This document shows, one piece after another, positions 12,447 through 24,900 of a stretch of DNA of 64,000 nt. The translations under genes and the position numbers were made by a program. Source of the stretch: Lingula anatina (Eukaryota; Animalia; Brachiopoda); contig CM120640.1 in NCBI GenBank assembly GCA_051362555.1, positions 67,310,788 to 67,374,787 on the forward strand, read 5' to 3'. Below the pieces are notes generated by a model. It ran no database searches. It was given only the letters and a program-made list of their open reading frames with translations, and was not told the origin of the DNA. Position 1 is the stretch's first letter, and every line of letters starts with the position of its first letter.

Positions 12447-13689
12447 TTTAGTAAATTTTGTTGACTACTTATTTCTATGGCTTTAAAAGCGGAATGTCTA
12501 TAGTCTATAGTGTTAAGACAGAAAATCAACCACCTATAAACAAAATAGCTGCGAGACTACACATTCTGCGCAGACAATCACGGTAACTGAGTTCCCTGCG
12601 ATAATTCAGCTGCAAACAATGTACACATGATTAACATCACAAAACCATTAAAGGCATATTGTGGCCATTAGATCCGCATATAGAAAAATCCTGGAGACTT
12701 AAATACATTTTCATTCAATCGCCAAGCTGTACAAAATGTAGAGATGGCAGCAGGTGCAACAACTCTACATTTCAAGCAGTGTAGGCCCAGTCTGTTTTTT
12801 AATCACTGTTATACTTCGGATGTGTAGGGCCTATATGTAATGTAGCCTACTGATATATTCTCGACCAAAAAGGTCCGGAAACATCGTTAATTTGAATAAT
12901 CATAAAGTGGCCATATCAGATAACTTGAGTTAAAGGTAGGCCTAAATATTTTAACCAAATAGCCTATCGATGGATAATGCACATATCATTCGTTCTTTTT
13001 TTTTTATGCACTGAAGATTTTCCCACTACATTAAATAGTTTTTCATTATTAAAAAAATTCATGTTCCCAAACTTTTTGGGGTAGGGTTGAGTGTATTTCA
13101 ACAATATCGTATCTAAGGGGTCCAGTATTGCCAAATTGACATGTATGGTAGGCCTACTGTTTTTCATGGTAGGCCTACAAGTAACGATCGAGCAGACGAC
13201 TATACTTGAAAAACTCTCAAGTAATAATTCAATCAGCCTAGATTGACAACACGAGCTGTATTCTAGTCATTTAAGAAGTCAAAACTGATCATCTAAGATT
13301 ATCTATATGAAAACAATACAAGACAGCCAAGGCAGAGGGATTAATTAGTGCATTTACGTGCACAACCACTTACAATCTCATCTGATGCATTTTGAACAAA
13401 ATATATCCCACCGTGCATTTCGTTAGATAGTTGTTGCACTTCCGGCAAATGCAGACAGCGTGACCTGCCCAAACAAGACGTCAACAGTGGTATATATGCA
13501 CCAGGGAAATGAAAAGTAAACATTTTGTCATAAAATGACACAGTGGATAACATAGGCGTGACCAGGTGAGTCACCTGTTGACCTTTGAAGGGCTTATCTT
13601 GCAGCGTGGTTGTGCAACAACATGAAAACTACACTTCCCTTCTGATTCAGGTTGAAATGGCGTGAAACAACTAAATTTGGAACCGATTC

Positions 13690-14268
13690 AAAAACCGCGT
13701 GTCGGAAGCCGCAGTCAGTTTACGTCATAAGTGTACTTACCTTGTTCAAAACAAAGGATCAGGTTGATTCACTGTTTATTTTCAAGTACAAAGACAATGA
13801 CACATTTATTTTTGTCTACGCAATCTCAAAGAGTTAGTCCGTCATTAGTTCAGCTTCGTACATTGTAATTGATATTACTTTTTATAAGTATTGTTTTGGA
13901 TTAAGATTACTTGTCTGACGAAAAAAAGGTGTAGGATTCATTTCAAGAGATACAGAAATTTACACAGAATGGGTTAGTTCGCTTACAGTAGCGTTAACAG
14001 CAATTACAAGGTAAATGAATGGCTAGAATTGGTCTGTTTCATTAACGTCCACAAACGGCCACAAGCAAAAATGGTTGGGGTATATATTTGGCATAAGAAA
14101 GAATTTTAAGTTGTTAGACAGCTTATAATGTGACAGTCCTAATATATAGGCCTACTCATCAATAACAGTGAGAATGTGGTTGTGTCTACAGGTGTCGTTG
14201 AATGTACACAAGAACAAATTGGAAGTAGCCAACAGATATTGAATCCTCATGGTTTTCAAAATACTCGG
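13690..14268 (+). promoter_or_regulatory. Probable BAK promoter and 5' UTR exons
   Basis: CpG-containing patch with ETS-like CGGAAG and CRE-like TTACGTCA near 13700-13730; donors at 14011 and 14269; acceptors at 14190 and 15771 upstream of the BAK ATG. Confidence 0.45.
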
Positions 14269-15914
14269 GTAGGTATGTTTTGTATGTATTTTATAATAAT
14301 ACTTGTTAAATTCACATTTTTGTTACAACAATGCCATCATCTGTGAACATGTAAAATGTTGTTTTTGGGTCTTCGCTCTGCCAACAGGGAAGCATGCATG
14401 CTTCTGTTTTATAGGAACATCCACACGTAAGACAGGCTTAAATAGGTCCAATTTTAAAAGCTTTTGTCTTGTTTATTTCTTTAATTGTCATGTTACTGTG
14501 AGCTTTCATAGGCATAATATTTATTTTTTAGCTGATATCCTATTTGATGTTAAACTGTTGGCCTTCCTACTGTTATATGCCGGTAGACGTTTGTGGATGC
14601 TTGTTGGACACAACTGTCCTCTCTGTTATCGTTCAGTAGACATACATATTTAGAACAGTGTTTTCCAACTTTAAATACCTACTTATGTCAAACACACACG
14701 CACACGCACACACACACACACACTTTTAACTGATTTTCCATTGCAACCACTTTATGCTGGTTGACATTTGTGGTTGTTTGTGGTCATTAATTCTACAGAT
14801 TGGGCTAGAACAGTCCATTACAATTCAGTTTATCAGAGATAACGTTAATATGATACAGTTGTTAATATAACAAAATTTCATGTTTGAAATGATAAGAACT
14901 TTGATTTAAATTTCTTGTCATTTAAAACTGTACACATTTGTACAGAATTTGAAGATAAAGTTGTTCTGTTTGGCCGGCCCTTTAAGTTCTTTAATTTATA
15001 AATATTGATCTTTAATGAGTGTCATTTGGTGCTAGAAATTGTATTTTTTGGTTACTAAAGACAATTAAACATGTATGGCTTTACTCCATGAAAGTACTAG
15101 TAGACACTTGGGTAATAATATATATGTTGTGTTCATAGAAAATGTGGTCCCATAAAGCTTAATATTTATCCATATTAAGCTTTTGATATAGACAAGTTTT
15201 ACATTTTCAATTTAATTTCTTAAAGTTTGTTGGTTATTTATAGTGTTTTTCCTTTGTAGAGCAAGTGTCATAAACATGTTTTTAATCAGATATTTATATC
15301 CCATTAGTAATATTAGTCCTTCCTGAAACGTATGGTTAGATAAGGGTTGACTTGGGGGAAATTTAAACAATCATGGATTTAAAATATGAAATGTCACTCA
15401 TTACCGATTATGATTAATTTCTTGGCCAGGCTAGACTAAATTGATAAGTTGGTAAATAAGGGTGAATGACCCTGATTTTGAGCGCTGGTACACATGGTTT
15501 AAGTCTCATCCCATCTCATACAGCTTCAACTGACTCCTGTGGTTCTGTCGGCTCAGCATCATATCAGCAGGTACAAGTACCAGTGCTCCTCCTAGCCTAC
15601 AAGGGCCTGTACCCCCATCTCTTAGATTAGGCCACATACAATCAACTTGATCCCCCTAGATTTTGGACTGCGGGGTGCATTGACCCAACAGAGACAGAGA
15701 CCCAACATAAGTTAACCAACTTTTGCTGATTTAATAAACCTTTTCAACTTCAGTTTTCTGTTTTCTTTCAGAAAAAATATTAAGATTACCAGGAAAAGTA
15801 CATAAGCTGAATAACGAAACAAGGAACTAAGCCCAGTAAATATATGGAGAAGAAATGATAGAGATTGTGTCCAAGTGAAACATACATTCCAATATAATCT
15901 CACACTAATACTTG

Positions 15915-18900
15915 ATGATGGCATCAGCAGGAGGAAGCTCTGGACCCGGTGGAGAGGGGGGACCATTTAAAAGGTTTCCGCCACCACCATCTCCAAAATT
16001 TGTGCCTAGAACTGACAATGAAGAACCGCTCACTCCCGACACAGAGGATCATGTGCAGGAACAGACTGAAGGGATTTTCAAAAATTTTATTTATCAGAGA
16101 CTTCAGGATGATCAAATGAAAAATCCGGGTGATTTAGAGACACCATTTGTGCCTGAATTGACAAACTTTCACGATGCTCCTCTCAGGTATGTATGAAGAC
16201 TGACATAGGAAGAATTTCCATGGAAGTATAATAATAATTGTGGAATACTTGATAACTACTACTTTCAGTATTTAAATTGCACTGTTGTTGTATTGTATTG
16301 TATGTTTGATTATAACAAGGTTGTTGTTGTTGTTGTTGTTATGCCTGTGTGTGTGTGTGCGTGTGTGTGTGTGTTTGCTTTATGATAAGAATTCACCATG
16401 TTACAAATTTCATCAAAATTTTTTTGTCATTTCATGCAACAACTTTACAGTTGTAACTTGTATCTTTATCTGGGGAAAAATAATTTCTTCCAAGCAGTTG
16501 AACAAAAATGCTACTGTTGATAACCATGATGAGATAAGCCTTATCCCTCCCACTTTTGTCCTACTGTTATTTTGCACTTCTATGAAACTACTGGGTACAG
16601 GGGTAAAATCAGAATATACACACCATTTCTAATAGTATGAGTCACATTCGTTTACCACAAGCTAACATAAGTTCATGACACTTCACACAGATACATCGGA
16701 TGAACAAACAAACGGCATATCTGATAAGCCACATACACCATAGAGGTAAATAAACAGCAATGTAGCACATTCATTTTGATGTCTTGATAATCGAACTCTA
16801 GATGTAAATATAGATATCAGTAGACCTAAAATATTGGTTATTGAAATAAAAATTCACAAAACTCCAAATTACTGTAACACCATTAGGTCATTTGGAGTTT
16901 TGTGATTATTTCTTGTTGTTCATAACTCTGCTAATTGGCAAGTGGAGGAGGAGACAGAATTGTGGGAAAAATTTAAAGTATTTAGTATGCACTATGGCTC
17001 AGGTACTGTAAGCGGTTAAAGCTGAAATTTGCATGTGTCACTAGTCTAGTGTGCATATGACTTGGCAGCCCTGTATTAGTAATCATAGACCCCATTTCCA
17101 GAGATTTGATCGATCTACTTTAGATCAACCTTACTCCCTGGGGGTTCACGCTAAATAGCTGTCAGCCGAGCGGACACGAAAGTTAATTACCCCCTTACAG
17201 CTTGTAGTAGGCAGGACGGACATTTAAGCCGGATTATCTGACAGTAATCTAGTGAGACTCCCCGCGGGGATAGATCGATCTAAAAGCTCTGGGAATACAG
17301 CCTTAAAGATGTTATACCTGGTTTATATTGCAAATGTGTGTTATGCATTAGACTTCTGGGGCTTGCAGGTGGAACAAAAGTTAATTGACGTTGGATTCAC
17401 TGACATGTGTTTCTGTCATAAACAGACATGCTTTGGTCACAGATCAGGTTGAATTTGTGTTTTGCAGCATCATTTTGTATTATAATTTTAGTATGTGCTG
17501 TTAACCTTCAGGCTTATTGGCCATTCAGACCACCACTTTCCTAATTATAAAATCTACTGGTCCAAATTGGAATTCAGTGGTCCAATAAAATAATTCAATG
17601 TAACTAGACATTTTCCTATTGCATTAATATTAGTAATTACAAGACCTTTATTTTGTCAAATGTATATAGAATCAACAGAATATAACAGTTACACTTAAGA
17701 AGAAAAAATCAAAGCTCCTTTGAGAACCTGTAGGGAAAAAAAAGAATGACCATATTAGACCACTAAATGCACACATTCTGAAAAATCTACAGGTCATAAT
17801 AAAATTTAACTGGTGTGGGCACAGACCAGTGGCTAACTGTAATAATTGCAGACAGCAATTTATAACATTTTTGTTAATTTCACTTACAAAAAGCCCAATG
17901 AAATTCAAGCTTTTAATTTTAAATTGAAAAACAAAAGTATCTATTATGAAATGGAAGAAAGCATGAAAGTTGTTCAAATGATTGTAGTAAACACAGAAAA
18001 TATCCAACCTAGAATTATTATCAAATCAAGTCTAAATGGATACTCAAAGAGTAGAAGCAACTTACTCTATGGTGTCATGCCAGGAGCTTTTGGGCAAGGG
18101 TGGGGGTGAGGAGGGCTTTCAGAAAGTGCATAACACAGGTGGTGAACCACAGCTATGTGACACACTGGAAACTGAAGCACACCTTTACAGGTAATCAGGT
18201 CTATTTTTACTAAATTGAAACTACATTTGGTCTTTTTCAGTGCCAATGCACAGATAGGCAGGCGGCTAGCACTTATAGGAGACGACATCAATAGGAAATA
18301 TGAACATGAGTTCAGAGACATGATACAGGCGCTCAGGATCACTCCAGACACAGCTTATGAAGCATTTGCAGGTGTGGCCAGAAAGTAAGTAATGCGTTTT
18401 TCAGGGCAAGGTTGGTGAGAATGTCTTGAGTTTGAATTTGTGCCATGCATGCAGTGAAACTTGTCCTTTTACTCACTTATCACACAACTAAAAAGTACAT
18501 GCAAATAAGATTTTGCTGATGAAAAATGAAATTTTAACCAAATCGACAACAGTTCCAAGGCATAGATATAGGTAAAAGATAGTGTAAAAGAAAAAAAAAA
18601 TGATTACTTCTTGGGAGGTTGAGAAAAAGCACCAATTGTAATGTCTGTATTTTCAATCAGTTTAAGTCATCATAACCCAGGGGTCATTGGCAAAGAAAGA
18701 AAACCCACATGGTGTCTATCAGTGCTCTGTATTAGAGAGACCAAATTACTGTTAAAGTAATTGGTTTTGATGCAGTGATTACATTTGAGGACCCCCCCCC
18801 AAAAAAAAAAAAAAAATGAATTTATAATAATAATAATTATAATAATAATAAAAGTAAAAAGCAATTGTGGTCAGTGTAAAATTTAGTCTCCCAAACCTAA

Positions 18901-21900
18901 GAAACAAAATTTTTAATTGTAAACAGACAGCAGTAATAGAAAAGAATTACATTTCCGAAGCTAACTGCATTAATACTAGTTTTTAAATTTTTTTCATCCT
19001 GAATGAAATTTATTAACACTTCTTTGTGTAAACTAAAATAACGGGGATTTTTGAGAACAAATGCAACCTTTAAAATGTTGTAAGTCAAGTCATGTGGCGC
19101 TAATTAATCACCTTGCTTTATTTCGATACAAAAAAAAAAGGAAAGAAAAAATTATATTCTCCTATGCCATTAAATTTCAACAAAGCCACCTGTAGCTATG
19201 AGCAAGCATGTTTTATGGACTTTTCCTGTTATTGAAGTTGTGCATGTTGCCAGCATGTGTTATGACAGGTCTTCTTGCTGATCGATATATCATTTGGCTT
19301 CTTTTCAATTTACGTACTTATCAACTAGAATGATTTCTAAATCACCTGCAATAATTTATCTAATTTTAGTTCTTAATCATTGCATTGATTTTCTTTATCC
19401 TTATTTATTCTCACTATATGTTTAAACACTGGTAGTTTGAACACTTCTTAATCTTCTATATACTTTAACTTTCTTTTCAACTTTTTAAAAACTCTTTTGT
19501 GCCACTTCTTTTGTTATGCCATTTGCTTATATATATTTTGTCTTTCCTGCTTTATGATTTTTCCATTCTCACTCCTTCTTCTTCCTTCATATGAAGTGTA
19601 AGTCAAGCTGAACACAGGTGTCTTCACCATGATAGGTGAGTGTGGGGTGATATGAGGACGTGGTATTAAAAGATACTGTTATATGAATAAGAATAATTTC
19701 TTAATCATTGTATGATTGATAAAAAACCCTCTTAGCAGTTTCAGGTGTCAGTATGGTTTCCGTTGATAAAAGTTTTGATTTTTGTGTATGTGTAGTATAG
19801 TCTTAGAGGATGTCTTATAAATATTAAATATTTAGGAAAAGTGTTAAGACCAAATATACTGATTTTATATTGGAAGAAAATGTAAAAAATCACATTGCAG
19901 ACCTGCAGGTTGATAATTGTCATAATTTTAACAAAAGACTCATTTTGACTTGAATAGTGATGACTAATGCCCTGAAGTAAACTTATACAATTATTTTGCT
20001 TTGTTGTGGTATACTGTGAGGGCAGTAGCCTCTCACTGTAACCACTAAATATTTAATCATTTCCTCTTTGTAAAACCCATATGATTATGTTTTGACTGAG
20101 TATCCAACAGCCCTGTCTATTTTTGATGACATATTCTCAAAAGGTCTCTGTTGTAATTTATTTTGTGCTTTGTTTTGAAAATGAAGTGTTTTCACCCCCT
20201 CCCCCCCCCAAAAAAAAAAAAAAAACAAAAAAAAAAACGAAAAAGTAACTCTGCTGTCAAAGTAACTCTTGTATACTGTTATTAGTATTTTAGAAAAAAA
20301 GTTGACTCTTTCCAACTAGGATGCTTTGAGAAAGAGGGAAAGAGGGGGAGGGTAGATAGTACATGTATAACATGGTCAGGTGGACTGGTGCACATGCTGA
20401 TAAAAACATTGCTTTTGGTTGGAAACTTGATGTAATGATCAAATCATGGGTTTGTGAAAATTTGGTATAGGACCAGTAAAGATTATTTTTAAACTAAGTA
20501 CTTTAACTACTAGTAAACCTGTCCAAACAAATGGCAGTTTTTCTGATCTCCCAGTATGTACTTTGTAGTGGTAAACAAATCTTGTCCTCAGTGTCCTCTC
20601 TTGATTATCTCTGTGATAGGGCATCCAATCAAAGCATTAATGATTCATGTTGTTGAAAAGTAAACTTGGGGTCAGGCGTGGGATAATTGAAGCCTGTGTA
20701 CTTGGTGTTTAATGATGGGACACAATACCCTGCTATCCTGGTCAGTATTCAGAGTCTTATAATACAACCAACCTGACCAGATTATCACAGTTTTTGAGAG
20801 ATGATTTTTTCTCCTGCTTGCTTACATAATGTGTATCCGTTTATAGCAGAAGACTACCAAGGTTGAAAATGTAATAAATGTTCCTTTTTCATTATGCTAG
20901 TAAAACTTAATGTTGCTATGTTGTTAAGTTAATAGAGATGCTATATCTGTGATTTTTATGGACATGCTATATATGTTATGCATGTTGTCTTATTGGGGGC
21001 TGCAATCTTACATACCTGTGTGCTTAGTGAGAACTATCATTCCATATTCCGGGTTGGACATTTTCTCGACAATGCCTAAATTTATAATCATTACAGGACA
21101 GAGTGACCTTTGTGAAGATAAGATTAATTTCTGACCATTTTTTTACCCTTAATTCAGCTTGTGTTAATAGTCAATAAAGCTATATATGAAGCATATGTTG
21201 AAGGAAGCGACAGGGGTGAGACAGCTGTGGTTAAAGTAGCTGGGGATGTTTGTAGACCAGGAAATCTCATTAGCTTAAAGGGACAAAAAATAGGATTAAA
21301 AACGCCTTTTTAGTGCATGGATTGCTTCTTTTTTAACTTATCTGAGAACAATTGCTGTGGGTAAAGCATAAAATGGCAGGTAAATGGCCTTAATCAATAT
21401 CGAAAAAAAGAATCATATTCACCGTCCACTTTCGAACCCCGGGCGTCAGCCATCTTGACACAGTTTGAAATAACGCGGCTTCTCGACTCAGATACGAGAT
21501 GTAAACAATGCAGACAGCATGTCGTTTCGAAGGTGAGCGTGGACGTGAAGGAGAAGAGGAATTGCTCACCGAATCTTTGCAGGTAAGCGAGTTATATTTA
21601 CCAAAAGTACTTTAAAATGGGAAGATGGCAGTGGAAATCAAAATGTCTGGCAGAGGAAGTTAAAAAGCGTAGATAACTGCTAATAATTAACGTTTCCTCG
21701 TGTAACGCACTCGCAGCCAAATCACTCGCACTGGATACGTACTACTAGTTATATGAAGCGAGATAGTGCACTTTACCCCTGAGGTGTATAGTTCTGTAAA
21801 GCAGGAGGAATACCCTTTTCTGCTCAATGTGGTCATCTACCAGTACTTACAGACTAACCTCACACCATATTCTCGCAGGGGAATCCCATGAGATATACAA

Positions 21901-24900
21901 TGTAACTCGAGTACTAGTGGGGTTAGAGGGTGTTCTTTGTACGGCACGTAACTACGTTAGTTTATTTGTAAATTTAATAATATTGTCAATGAATATGATT
22001 ATAAGGAATGATTTTTTTAGCCTTTCAGAGGAGGAATTGGGTGATACACCCCTTCAAGCACGAGTGAAGAGATCAGGTATGTTAATAATTTTAGCAGTAT
22101 AACATGGGCGGATCCAGGATTATTTGAAAGGGGGGGGGGGGGGTCCGCGGATGCAAAGCCGACCCCCCCCCCCCTAGTTGGCGTGGGGTCCTGGGCCTGC
22201 TTAAAACTTTGGTATTTTAGAGGGTGAACAGTGCCATTTGGTACGGTTTAGCACTTTACTGTAGTAAATTAGCTAGTCAAAATTTTAATTCCAAGTGGGG
22301 AATATTAGTGTGATTTTTTTACATCAGTTCTTTGAAACCATGTGTGATTATGTTATTTCTTCTTGTGGCCTTTATGATTTAATGCAGCTGCAGATATTTA
22401 AATTAATTTTTTTTTTTTGCCATAATCAGACTTGCTTCTTTATAATAAGCTGGTTATCATGTAGTGATCATGCCCTCTAATTTGTTGATTTTTGTTAAAG
22501 AATAGTGCTGTTATGATAATATCAATACATTTTTTCTTTATAACCATTTTATGTAATTTTACTATTACAGTGCCTCAAGTTATGTCTGGAAAACTCATAC
22601 CAGGAAGCACTCCAATCTTACAATACTGCATCACTTCAATGTCGGTGTGACAAGTTGTGTAAAAGACTGCTACAAAAAATTTGCAGCGATGACCACATGA
22701 TCCACCACCTTTTACCAAAACCGAGTGAACAGTTTTATATTATAATGCCCATGTACATGAATTTAAAGTGACAAGACTGAGATCAGCGAGAGCCTCAAGG
22801 CCTTTATTTTCTGTGCATTGTCAACTCTTCAATAATTTTATAATTTTGTCAAATACATCCAAAGATTCAATTCTAATGCAATACTTGAAAACTTTTTTAG
22901 AATATATATTAATGTCGAACATGTTTTTCTAAGAACTAGCCCTTTAGTAAATTAACATGTACTATCCAACTGTTATTATTAATTAACATATTGTTATGTA
23001 CAAAGCATAAGCTGCAGTATCAATGAAGCATTAACTGGGTAGAGATTATGAATGAAATAAAAGTTTAAATATTGAAACATCTTTTATTTATATTTGGCAA
23101 AAATACAAGAATAAACAAAGTTTGCTACATAAGTTTGGAATTTGGCCAAATCATCTTTATTATTACCTGTCACATGTAATGAATAAGACATACACAGATT
23201 CTGTAAGCTAGAATGCATAATTATTTTCATACTCATTAATGCCATCTTCATAAATAAGCCTTCTATTCAAGCATTCACAAACTTTCACATTGTGCAGTAC
23301 ACATTATAGTATGATAACATTTTTGAGAGAGACTTATTAATAGCCAGGCTATCATGTTAAGAGTCTGATGTACATGCAGACCCATGAGGATTGCAGATCA
23401 ACAAATTATCCCCCTCTCTGTCAGTGTATTGACTCATGTGAGCTGTCTCCATGCAAAGGGATGTGTCATAAGAAAGGACCAACCCAACTTACACAAACAT
23501 AAATTGTTTCATCAGTAAGATATTCACACATACTTTTCCAAGATGTGCAGGGAATAAATAGAAAGGTATAAATATTTCTTTAAAAAATACAGGCATAGCT
23601 TCCCTGCATGAATTCTAAATAATGGCTGAGTGGAGAATTGAATACAGGCACAAGTGTTCACTCAAACCATTTTTGTAGGTCTTAAAAGAAATGACATGCA
23701 GTCATTTGCCAAATACAGAATTTTATGCTGTAACAAAGTCACAAAACTGCAACTGGTGATCTTACAAAATCTAACAACACACTGGTTTAAAATCAAGTTG
23801 AAATCACAATATGCCACCAGTACCATATTCCATAATACATTTGATGTCATTTAGATTTAAGAAGTAAATGCTGGACCAAAATGGTTTATTCTCAATATCA
23901 GGCATATGACTTAGGTTTGGGAGGAAAGACCACCTTGATTTCCAATCTGTCTGCATTATAGCATACATGTAAGTGCTAGATGGTTTGAAGTCAGCAGATT
24001 ATGCTTTGTCACATTGGCAAGAAGAGTTCACTGAATATATCCTGTAAGCAGCACTCGAAAGTCAGGAAAAGTCTCTCACTATCCAACTCGTCCCCGCTTT
24101 GGACCCTCAAGAAAAGTTCATCTTTTTTTGGTGGAGAGCCATGGAGTTCCTCTTCCATGTAAAAAACTCTTCTTCAGGACATCATACTGGCAGTTGCTCA
24201 TAACCTTAAGGTCTAAAAAAGCAAATCAAAATCAAAATAATAATAATTTATTAAGATTGCAACCCAGTGGGTTGAAGTTGTACATAGTGTTAAGAAAATT
24301 ATAATGAAAATAAAGTGAATATTTGCTTGAATAAAACTGAGTTAAAAGACTGCTAATTGAACTTTAAAATTATTGTACTTAGGATAAAAGACAACATAAT
24401 ACTATTGGAAATTTAAAAGTGCATACGGAATAAAAGAGCATCAGAATCTGTCGGTCTTAAATTGCGGCACTTTGTTACTATTGTTTGATCTTAAAAGACG
24501 ATTGGATTGATCAATAAAGATGTGATTCAGTTTGTCAGAGGATTCAGTTATTTTGTAAAAGAAAGTTTTGCACAGATCTCTTCGTTTATCTAAAGTACAC
24601 ATATGCCCGGTTCAGGGTTTCATCATAGTATAGGTCAGGGAAAATAATCTTCAAAGCACGAGTTTGGTCAGTCTCTTAGAGTTTGCATTGCTCTATAGTT
24701 AGGCTTCGTTCACATGCAATGTCTATTTTCTAAATTCTATTTTCTATTTTCGGTATGTCTTATGATCACGGTCTGTGCACTGAATATCCCGCGGCGTAAT
24801 TACTGGCAGCGCGAGCCAGTTACTATAAGTCACTATAAGTAACTGGCTCTTGCTGCCAGTAATTACGCGTCGGGATATTCAGTGCACAGACCGTGATCAT

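Noticed and set aside
19200-19260. CATG-centred motifs as a p53 response element in BAK
   Set aside because: Only isolated or mismatched half-sites; no clean RRRCWWGYYY pair, and better read as GCATG splicing motifs.
21688-21960. Possible further MITE inside the Kolobok-like element (TAACGT..ACGTTA ends)
   Set aside because: Inverted match too short and degenerate to support a call.
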